From: Thermoplasmatota archaeon
Lineage (GTDB): Archaea; Thermoplasmatota; E2; DHVEG-1
Assembly (NCBI GenBank): GCA_030616985.1
Contig: JAUWWG010000014.1
Coordinates: 1 to 24,000 of the forward strand
DNA length: 24,000 nucleotides
Direction of reading: 5' to 3'
Every line of letters starts with the position of its first letter. The stretch's first letter is position 1. Below, in pieces: positions 16,178 through 23,790 of the stretch. A model generated the notes under the pieces. That model saw nothing but the letters and a program-made list of their open reading frames with translations, was not told the origin of the DNA and did no database searches. A program made the position numbers and the translations under genes.

Positions 16178-17308
16178 GTGAAGGTTCAAATGAAAGAGGA
16201 ACCGGAAATCATTAAGGAACTACAAGAATGGGAAAAAAATTATTCACCTAGAAACCATTGTAGAAATCGCATTTATAATCAGCAATCATCAAAAAAATTA
16301 TTTGAAGATGCTAAAAGGAAACAGCAGCTCATTCCTCATATTACATGGGTTGCAATTAAAGCCATTTTTTTAGGAATAAATTTAACATTATTGATAGAAT
16401 TATACTTCATTATTTTCATTGAAAATATAACAACATTTGATATAATTATTAATATTTCACTGACAATAATAATTTTTTTTATTGCTGCAGCATATCTGTT
16501 ACATCATTTAGAAAAAACGGATAATGACATCAGAGATGCTAATGGAATTATTGAGACGTTGGTAAATAACCTTGAAATGAGAATAGAAGATAGAACTGCA
16601 GAAGTGGAAAAACTCTTAATGCAAAAAAATGAATTCATTGATAATCTTGGCCATGACCTTAAAAATCCACTCGGACCACTTATAAATTTACTTCCAATCT
16701 TAGAGAAAACGGAAACAGACCCGAAATCAAAAAAAATGTTTGAGGTATTGAACAGAAATGTCAGATATATGAAAAACCTAGTGGTTAACACAATTGAACT
16801 TGGAAAGCTTAGCTCTCCAAAGGCAAATCTGGATATGTAGGATACGAATCTATTGGATGAAGTTAATGATGTTATCAAAAATAATGAATTATTGTTTGAG
16901 GAAAACATCATAGAGATTGATAACCAGATATCTGATAAAACCATCATAAAAGCAGATAAAATGAGGCTGACAGAACTGTTTGACAATCTTATCAGTAATT
17001 CTGTTAAATACAGTCCCGATGGTGGCACTATTACGATTGATGTGAAGGAGGATAAGGATTTTGTCACTGTTTCCATTAAGGATACAGGTATAGGTATGAC
17101 TGAGGAGCAACTCAGTCATATTTTTGATGAATTTTACAAAGCTGATGAAGCTCGTCATGATTTTGATAGCAGCGGTCTTGGTCTTACTATTTGCAAACGT
17201 ATTGTAGCAAGACATGGTGGAAAGATATGGGCTGAAAGCGAAGGAAAAGAAAAAGGCACGACAATGTTTTTTACTCTTCCTATATCTTCCGAAAAGAATA
17301 ATGAATAA
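16178..17308 (+). pseudogene. Membrane sensor histidine kinase interrupted by one in-frame TAG (16838-16840)
   Basis: The upstream part has two TM helices, a coiled coil and the H-box LGHDLKNPL. The downstream part has the N-box LISNSVKYSP, G1 IKDTGIGM and G2 GLGLTICKRIV. Both track ORFs are in the same frame (16178 and 16853 are both 2 mod 3). They read ...KANLDM*DTNLLDEVNDV across the HisKA to HATPase linker. Confidence 0.8.
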
Positions 17309-17873
17309 CCATCTCTTGAAAGGGCGGTTTGGGATTGTAGATTTGAGTAATAGTAATATAGTCTGTGTCTTGAGCTATTTGCAGCAATGCTTTTTTAACC
17401 TCATTGTTGAAGTACACTTTTCTTGCATGTCCTGTTTTTGTTTTAAGTATGATTATACTATGTTCCTCTAAATCAATATCTTCTTCTTTTAACCTATATA
17501 TCTCACTTGCCCTCATACATGTATAACAAAGGAATATGACTGCTTTCATCTATAAATCGAACTTATGTCCCTTGAAGTAATCAATAGTTTCTTGTATATC
17601 TTTATTACCCACTCCTTTAGGTAAATATGAGGGCTGGGGTGCTATATCTATCTTATCTAAATAATCAAGATTAAAGTATCTTAAAAAAAAATCGTCTTAA
17701 CTATAGCATTCTTTTTCTATATGTGCTTTGATGATACTTCTCTCGTATTACGTTTAAGTAGGCTAATACAGACTCTTTACTTACCTCATAGTTGCAGAAC
17801 TTGAGATAATCAGCAATAAAGAGTTCAATATGGTAGAGCCGCTTTTCTGAAATACTTGATACTTGTCTTGCAT
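17280..17873 (-). pseudogene. Tyrosine recombinase (phage-type integrase) pseudogene
   Basis: Reverse-strand pieces were found in three frames. One is MQDKYQVF. One is an N-terminal SAM-like segment, SEKRLYHIELFIADYLKFCNYEVSKESVLAYLNVIREKYHQSTYRKRML*. One is RYFNLDYLDKIDIAPQPSYLPKGVGNKDIQETIDYFKGHKFDL*MKAVIFLCYTCMRASEIYRLKEEDIDLEEHSIIILKTKTGHARKVYF, which carries the box I Arg region. There is an in-frame TAG at 17550-17552 and a frameshift around the A9 run at 17683-17691. The catalytic H-x-x-R and Tyr region is missing, and the 3' end abuts the kinase gene. Confidence 0.7.
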
Positions 17874-17923
17874 TTAGATACTCTTATAAACCACTCGCTT
17901 CCACATGTCTTGTAAGATGATAG

Positions 17924-18011
17924 CGCTGGGGACGAGATTTGAACTCGTGGGACATTTTCATGTCAGTGGTTTTCGAGACCACCGCCTTGGGCCGGGCTTG
18001 GCTACCCCAGC
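17924..18011 (-). tRNA. tRNA-Ser (anticodon CGA)
   Basis: Hand-folded. Acceptor stem GCTGGGG/CCCCAGC with discriminator G. Anticodon stem GTGGT/ACCAC with loop CTCGAAA. Long variable arm TGACATGAAAATGTCCC. T-arm ACGAG-TTCAAAT-CTCGT. No encoded CCA. Confidence 0.85.
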
Positions 18012-18070
18012 AAGAGATAAAAGCCGTCAAAAGCTTAATCAAAGACTTTTTTATATCCCTATCGATTCAA

Positions 18071-18277
18071 GTGGAAATAAAGGCCAAAATATTAAGAACA
18101 AAAGAGACGAGAAAAATCAACGTAGAAACAGGTTCGACTGTTGAATATCTCCTAAAGAAAATCAAGCTTAAACCAGACACACTTATCGTAATGAGTAACA
18201 ATAAACCTATACCAATTGACGACGTACTAAACAATAATCAAGAACTAACAATTATACAGATTGCCTCAGGAGGATAA
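18071..18277 (+). CDS. ThiS/MoaD/SAMP-like ubiquitin-fold (beta-grasp) protein with a C-terminal Gly-Gly
   Basis: VEIKAKILRTKETRKINVETGSTVEYLLKKIKLKPDTLIVMSNNKPIPIDDVLNNNQELTIIQIASGG*, 68 aa. It fits the family pattern of length, the ...G.TV..LL... segment, ..N...v.....L.....L.i and a terminal GG. The track ORF was trimmed to the GTG at 18071, because its upstream part is antisense to tRNA-Ser. Confidence 0.6.
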   Translation: MEIKAKILRTKETRKINVETGSTVEYLLKKIKLKPDTLIVMSNNKPIPIDDVLNNNQELTIIQIASGG

Positions 18278-18288
18278 GAAAACATATT

Positions 18289-18363
18289 GCTCCCGTAGTG
18301 TAGTCCGGCCAATCATCAAGCCCTCTCGAGGCTTAGACTCGGGTTCGAATCCCGACGGGAGCA
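18289..18363 (+). tRNA. tRNA-Glu (anticodon CTC)
   Basis: Hand-folded. Acceptor stem GCTCCCG/CGGGAGC with discriminator A. D-region GTGTAGTCCGGCCAATCAT is typical of archaeal tRNA-Glu/Asp. Anticodon stem AAGCC/GGCTT with loop CTCTCGA. T-arm TCGGG-TTCGAAT-CCCGA. No encoded CCA. Confidence 0.85.
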
Positions 18364-18695
18364 CTAACTTCTCTCCTTATACTTTGACCGCAAACTGCAC
18401 TTTTTAGTCGTTTTTCGGTTTTCGGGTCTAAATGGCTTGGCTCGACCTGTTCTGCTGTTCCACAATGTTTTTTAGAGTTTTTGTGAAATTTCAGCACAGC
18501 CGAAGGCCAGTCATACGGGTCATAGCGGTAATAGTCTTCTGCGAATTTGACATAGGCTTCCGTAGTATTTTCTGTTCGATGCCCAAGTGCGTTTTTGACA
18601 GTTCGGATGTCCCACTTTTTTGTCTCAATCTTGGTTCGTATTAGTTTTGCTATTGCGAATCGGTATCTCCCGTCAAATGATTGAAATTGTCTTTT
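18333..18695 (-). pseudogene. C-terminal relic of a second tyrosine recombinase, with its frame ending inside tRNA-Glu
   Basis: The reverse-strand open frame has no start codon. It reads ...DGRYRFAIAKLIRTKIETKKWDIRTVKNALGHRTENTTEAYVKFAEDYYRYDPYDWPSAVLKFHKNSKKHCGTAEQVEPSHLDPKTEKRLKSAVCGQSIRREVSAPVGIRTRV*. LGHxxxxTTxxY is the box II/catalytic Tyr signature. The last about 10 codons are antisense to tRNA-Glu positions 18333-18363. Confidence 0.5.
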
Positions 18696-18836
18696 TTAAT
18701 AGGTAATAATCTTCTGTGTCGTTTTTTCATTTTGACATTTTAATGAGGAGAGTTTATATAATGTTACTTGTGAACAGTATACGTGATAATAATTACCGTG
18801 CTTTGATATATCAATATAAGTGAAAGGAACGGCAGC

Positions 18837-20021
18837 ATGGAAAACAATAGAAGAAAAGGTGGAAAAACGATATTAAAGAGAAAAATTTTTATTAACCTTT
18901 TATTGGTTTCTCTATTACTTTCTGTGTTTACTAGCAGTTTAATCAACGTGGTTCCCATAGTAAAAATTGTAGGTGCCGGAGACATCACATCAGACGTAGA
19001 CTCCGACACGTTTCTCACCTTATCAATTTATGGAGATGAAGAGCCACCTGAAGAACTGCCTGAAGAACCACCGGTCTTAAGAATTAAACCTAAAATTAAC
19101 TGGTATGATTTTCAAACCTTAGCAGGTGTTTCTAAGTTGAACTCACAAATTAACGTTAATCAGAAATATAAATTCTGTATCAACATCAGTAGTGATCAGG
19201 GATGGGATGATATTGAATACATAGATATTGCTGCATGGTTTGACAATGGCGACGACAGTATAATATATAACAATAGCGGAAATCTTGGTGGAAATTTAAA
19301 CATGTTTTTGCGCTATGAGAATACCACTGGAACTGCAAACTATGTCATGTTATGGCCTGATGATGAAGTAGTCAGAGGAACCATGACCGAAATAGCCGTA
19401 TCTGATCCAGCAGGCAGTCCTGCACATACTGAATGTCACAACCTAACATTTTCATTTATGCCAAGGCATCAATTTAGGTATGCCCCTGGAGATGACAGTT
19501 GGGACGACACAAAGAATGCCATCAATGACGTTTGGTCCTGGAATTTTAAAATATCTGTTATTGATAGCGGAGAAAATGCTACGTCTGCAACCACATCCTA
19601 TGTAAAAGACGAGTTTGGAGTGTATTCTTACACAGAGGTTGTAAGTGCAGGAATGCTAACTATCAGAGGGGCTCCCGGTGAAAATGCAACGGCAGCCTCT
19701 AACATTACTATCAATACACGATCAAATATAGACTACTCTTTGTCAGTTGATGTAGAAACATTAATACATAAAACATATTCCACTGCCCATATTTCTAATC
19801 AAACAATATGGGTACGAGGCGGAAATCTAGAGACATTTACTAATTTCACGGGATGCAAACCAATATACTTTTATGGCAGCGCCTCAACATATCACCTTGC
19901 AGAAATTGATGGCACAAGCAAGAAAACAAGTGATGTGGAATACAAATGTAACATACCATTTGGTCAAAAAGCAGGAGATTACCACTCAACAATACATTAC
20001 TATTTAGGGACGCCAACATAG
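18837..20021 (+). CDS. Secreted or N-terminally anchored surface protein of unknown family (A)
   Basis: 394 aa. A basic N-terminus and one hydrophobic helix (IFINLLLVSLLLSVFTSSLINVV) are followed by an acidic Pro/Glu linker, EEPPEELPEEPP, and a long beta-rich region. I counted 9 N-X-S/T sequons. A TATA-like gtttatataa lies about 80 nt upstream. Confidence 0.7.
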   Translation: MENNRRKGGKTILKRKIFINLLLVSLLLSVFTSSLINVVPIVKIVGAGDITSDVDSDTFLTLSIYGDEEPPEELPEEPPVLRIKPKINWYDFQTLAGVSKLNSQINVNQKYKFCINISSDQGWDDIEYIDIAAWFDNGDDSIIYNNSGNLGGNLNMFLRYENTTGTANYVMLWPDDEVVRGTMTEIAVSDPAGSPAHTECHNLTFSFMPRHQFRYAPGDDSWDDTKNAINDVWSWNFKISVIDSGENATSATTSYVKDEFGVYSYTEVVSAGMLTIRGAPGENATAASNITINTRSNIDYSLSVDVETLIHKTYSTAHISNQTIWVRGGNLETFTNFTGCKPIYFYGSASTYHLAEIDGTSKKTSDVEYKCNIPFGQKAGDYHSTIHYYLGTPT

Positions 20022-20117
20022 ATAGAACAAAAAATCTAGGAACAACACTTCTTTGTTATTGGAAAAATTGAAGGAGAATAAAACTAAGCAAAGATAGGAT
20101 TATATTTTCGTGAGTAG

Positions 20118-20134
20118 AAATCTTCAGATTTTTT
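20118..20134 (+). terminator. Weak hairpin plus T6 tract downstream of gene A
   Basis: aaatc-ttca-gattt followed by tttt, about 100 nt after the stop of gene A. Confidence 0.3.
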
Positions 20135-20306
20135 GCGACACCTTTCCCTTTAAATCTTCTCCTTATATGATCCGATAAACTGACCACAGATGACACTCGT
20201 ATTTTCCAAATAAAATTTTACCGGATACCATTTAAAAGAAAAACTTTAATAGGCTGATAGGTATAAGAGATATTACTCCAAATATTCTAAAATTCACTAT
20301 GGTGAG

Positions 20307-21662
20307 GTGATTGGGATGGGTCATAAAGCTTGCATGATTATTTTCATAGTGTTTGTAATAGGGCTATTGCCGTTTTTTTCATCTATTTCTGCTGATGATA
20401 CTGTATCTATGGAAATTCATATAATCGGAGAAAAAACACAAACACGTTTTGGCGACCCAGTGATTGTTGCTGGTATTTGGCATTATATAAATGTAACATT
20501 GGAAAACCAGGATTTCCAGAAATTAAGTCTTAAATTCTTCAATGGCGATTCTATACCTGCTGAAGGGGAGAGGAACGCAACTAACTATTATGAGTGGAAG
20601 TATGACGAAAATATTCAAGCATTGTGGAAAGATGAAATGGAATATGGGGGCCGTTCTTACCTGAATAGTGAGAGTTGTCAGAAAAACAATGATGTCTATA
20701 GTTTTTGTGTAGGTATAAAAGATACTTTTCCTGAAATCATATATTATCATGAAAACTGGACGTTAGAAGTGTACAAAGATGAGAATAAGTTATTTTTCAA
20801 AAGTGTAGTTGTGGAAAAACCAACTGTTGGCCTTGCAAAAAGCCATGCTGATTTAATTAAATTTAATGTAACTCCATTTACCGAGATTGTTGTTTTTCGT
20901 GATGATTCTTTCAAAATCGAGAACACGGGCAACGTTCCATTAAATATATCAATTAATTATGAGGCAGATGACGACATTATTGAAGTCGCAGATTCTAACA
21001 TAATACTTTCTCCATATTCCGATAGTTCGCATAATGTCACTTTACATTCGAAATCTTGGAAACCTGGAATTATTGAAATTGAAGGAACCATATCAGGAAA
21101 AATCCTCGGCTCCTATATTATAACCACCGCTAACTTTACCCTCGCATCGGCACCTGGACTAAGTCCTGCAGATTTGAAAATATTTGTAGGGCATAGCAAT
21201 TACGAAATATATGAAATGCCTGAGGCTATAGTCTTTCAGTACGAGAAAAACCTTGAAATGAATGAGGGAGAAATAATAGATATAGCTGTCTATATATCTG
21301 GAAGTGGAGTAGCAACATTAGACATATGGAGTGATGAAAAAAACATAACCATATTGAAGATATCTAGCAAAAACCAAGAAGGAACACCCCAGACTGTAAT
21401 ATCTACAGATACTTCAGAATATGTTGTAACTGTTAAAATCGAAGCTATCCGAGAAAATAAAATTGGTTTCCTTTATTATGCGCTGGAAACAGGTGGAGAA
21501 ACCCAGACTTTTATCACTCAAATAAATGTAGGACCGCCTTCATCACAAACTGGAGAACAGGCATTAAACACTGTGCCTATTATGGCAATAATTGTGATAG
21601 TATGCATTTTTCTTGTCATTGGATACATGATTTCCACACATATGAAACATAGAAGGAGGTGA
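20307..21662 (+). CDS. Type I membrane surface protein of unknown family (B)
   Basis: Sec-type signal peptide (...LLPFFSSISADD) and a large beta-rich ectodomain that includes a CARDB/NEW3-like-looking strand, FKIENTGNVPLNISINY. I counted 8 N-X-S/T sequons. C-terminal TM helix plus basic tail PIMAIIVIVCIFLVIGYMISTHMKHRRR. The likely start is ATG at 20316, after GAGGTGAT. Confidence 0.7.
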   Translation: MIGMGHKACMIIFIVFVIGLLPFFSSISADDTVSMEIHIIGEKTQTRFGDPVIVAGIWHYINVTLENQDFQKLSLKFFNGDSIPAEGERNATNYYEWKYDENIQALWKDEMEYGGRSYLNSESCQKNNDVYSFCVGIKDTFPEIIYYHENWTLEVYKDENKLFFKSVVVEKPTVGLAKSHADLIKFNVTPFTEIVVFRDDSFKIENTGNVPLNISINYEADDDIIEVADSNIILSPYSDSSHNVTLHSKSWKPGIIEIEGTISGKILGSYIITTANFTLASAPGLSPADLKIFVGHSNYEIYEMPEAIVFQYEKNLEMNEGEIIDIAVYISGSGVATLDIWSDEKNITILKISSKNQEGTPQTVISTDTSEYVVTVKIEAIRENKIGFLYYALETGGETQTFITQINVGPPSSQTGEQALNTVPIMAIIVIVCIFLVIGYMISTHMKHRRR

Positions 21663-21671
21663 AATATCCAC

Positions 21672-22349
21672 ATGAGGCGGGGAAGAGTGCTGCCATTACC
21701 ATTGTTTACAATAATAATTTTACTTACAATATTTTTTTCTATTAGTGCAAGTGCAGGTAACGCAGGTGTAGGGGTGCTGAACGTTTCACCAAAATTTGGC
21801 ATAATACGTGTGGTGCAACAGGACAATTTCATAAGGATATATCTCAATATTTCAGATTATAATTCCTGGGAGGATATATACATCGTTAACGTGTCTTTAG
21901 AGAATTACGGTACGGAATCAGCTGAATTTCTTTTTAAACAATATTCAAACACGGAATCTTATGAGAAATTAAATGAATTCAGCGAAACATCAGGAGGAAA
22001 AAATTTACTGGTAAAAGAAAAATGCTCCTTTTATCACTCTAATGGAACGGAAACAGTTGCTGATAGATGCAACCTCGAATTACTATTTGTTTTTCATACC
22101 ACGGGCTTCACACGTTTAAACATTCTTGCCAGTGATCTTGAAGGATTAACTACACAAGCACATATCGATTACAATGCTGATGAAGCAATGAGAAGTATCG
22201 ACGTTATTATAGTTCCGGGATTAAATATTCCGATAATAATACCCCCATATTTTTTAGATTTAATAGCAGTGATTTTAGGAACAATCGGAACCATATATTT
22301 TATCAAAGAATTGAATAAAAGGAATAAAAACAAAAAGAGCGCATTATGA
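21672..22349 (+). CDS. Type I membrane surface protein of unknown family (C)
   Basis: 225 aa. Signal peptide ...FFSISASAGNAG, an ectodomain of about 150 aa with 4 sequons, a C-terminal TM helix LIAVILGTIGTIYFI and a basic tail KELNKRNKNKKSAL. It starts 9 nt after gene B. Confidence 0.7.
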   Translation: MRRGRVLPLPLFTIIILLTIFFSISASAGNAGVGVLNVSPKFGIIRVVQQDNFIRIYLNISDYNSWEDIYIVNVSLENYGTESAEFLFKQYSNTESYEKLNEFSETSGGKNLLVKEKCSFYHSNGTETVADRCNLELLFVFHTTGFTRLNILASDLEGLTTQAHIDYNADEAMRSIDVIIVPGLNIPIIIPPYFLDLIAVILGTIGTIYFIKELNKRNKNKKSAL

Positions 22350-23614
22350 AAAAGATTAGCAGTATTCTCTGGTTTTTCCCGTTCTGTTTTTTCGTATTTT
22401 TCTCGATTTTTATTTCTATCAAATTTGTTTTTATATTTTTTTTCAGAGCTGCATATGAACCAACATTCATGTTTGAATTAACTCCCTTTTACATTCTATC
22501 TGGGTTAAATAATCTGCAATTATTGTTTTTATCCCTCATTTTCATTATTTTTAATACCTATCTTCACGTGAAGGCTACTAGAAGGAATCTAATGTACTCT
22601 TTTCTACCTACAGCGATAATGTTGGGCGGTTTAGGATTTGCAATTACTACTAAGGAACTTGCCATTTCTAATCTTTTCCACTATCTAGTTTTTGGATGTT
22701 TACTATTTGTTATTCTTATAGATCACAAAAACATTTTAACATATCCAGATTTCTTGTTTTCTCCCAAAAAAGAGCGGGTGGAATCAAAAATATCAGGGAA
22801 AAAACCTGTCATTGCACTGCCTCAACCTCAAGTTGCTCCACATTCAATAGTTCATAAACGCCCCCGTTTATCCCTTCCTGTTATTAGTTCATTATTTTCA
22901 TTGATCGAAAATATTAAAAGAACAAACGGTGGACGTGCGAAAAAAGGGAAAAGTGAAACTCCAAATAAACTTAAAATTATTGGCAGTAATGCTGATAAAA
23001 ATTTATCCACGAAAAAGGAAATGCCATTTGGGACAAAAGATATGTCAGGGGATAATCTTGAGGGGGCACATACTAGATTAGAAGAAATTGAACGAAAAGT
23101 AAAAAAACTATCGAAACTGGAAGAAGAGATTGAAAAGAGAAGAAGTAATTTAGTTGAAAAAGAGAAATCTTTCAGAGAGCGGTTAGTTTCTTCTACACGT
23201 AGAGAAAGTTATCGTAGTTTATCTACATCGACAAGTAACAAAACGATTTATAGTGATGAGAACAATAAAGAAGGTGAAGAGTACTGTAAAATTTTAGATG
23301 AAATATCAGAATGTGCCGCTATCGTTCAGAGAGGAACATTGAAACAAATCAATAGTTATTTTGCAGAGCTAATTGGCTACAAAATTGAGGAGATCGTTGA
23401 CAGAAGTTTACTTGATTTTGTTGTTCCTGAGGGACTTGCAGGGATCAAGAAGCACCATTTGGATAAATTAAGAGGTGCCAGCCGATCTTCATATGAAACT
23501 GTGTTTTTGACTAAGGAGAATAATAAGGTTACTGTGGAGATTAGTACCAAACTGACATGTTTTAATGGTAAAGAAGCTGAGTTTTCAGTATTTAAAAAGG
23601 TAAAAGATCAATAA
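22346..23614 (+). CDS. Polytopic membrane protein with a coiled coil and a C-terminal PAS domain, no output domain (D)
   Basis: An N-terminal region of about 130 aa holds 4-5 hydrophobic helices. A coiled-coil stretch follows (RLEEIERKVKKLSKLEEEIEKRRSNLVEKEKSF), then a PAS-like fold (IVQRGTLKQINSYFAELIGYKIEEIVDRSLLDFVVPEG...FNGKEAEFSVF). Its start overlaps the stop of gene C (ATGA). Confidence 0.75.
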   Translation: MKKISSILWFFPFCFFVFFSIFISIKFVFIFFFRAAYEPTFMFELTPFYILSGLNNLQLLFLSLIFIIFNTYLHVKATRRNLMYSFLPTAIMLGGLGFAITTKELAISNLFHYLVFGCLLFVILIDHKNILTYPDFLFSPKKERVESKISGKKPVIALPQPQVAPHSIVHKRPRLSLPVISSLFSLIENIKRTNGGRAKKGKSETPNKLKIIGSNADKNLSTKKEMPFGTKDMSGDNLEGAHTRLEEIERKVKKLSKLEEEIEKRRSNLVEKEKSFRERLVSSTRRESYRSLSTSTSNKTIYSDENNKEGEEYCKILDEISECAAIVQRGTLKQINSYFAELIGYKIEEIVDRSLLDFVVPEGLAGIKKHHLDKLRGASRSSYETVFLTKENNKVTVEISTKLTCFNGKEAEFSVFKKVKDQ

Positions 23615-23790
23615 AAAAAATCAGTAAAAAATGGATCCTGTTAGAAAAGAAGAAGGAAATCTATGATTTTCCCTCCTGTTATTTTTCCCTTATTTTTCCT
23701 GGATACCTAGAGGATTTGTACAAGAATGATTATTCCCTTAGAATAACCTTCTCGTGATGTCTAGAGAAGGTAAGATATTTATATTTCTAA

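Noticed and set aside
16838-16840. In-frame TAG in the kinase as evidence for pyrrolysine or a recoded amber codon in this genome.
   Set aside because: TAG ends about six well-supported genes in this window, and no pyl genes are present. A nonsense mutation is the simpler explanation. It is kept as a finding only because it is cheap to check.
17905-18144. Track ORFs 17905..18144 (+) and the first 44 codons of 17939..18277 (+).
   Set aside because: They run antisense through tRNA-Ser. Only the 3' 68 codons from the GTG at 18071 show ThiS/MoaD-like features.
18432-19018. Track ORFs 18432..18644 (+) and 18764..19018 (-).
   Set aside because: The first is antisense to the integrase relic that carries the LGH...Y signature. 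The second is antisense to the promoter and 5' end of gene A and is a low-complexity peptide.
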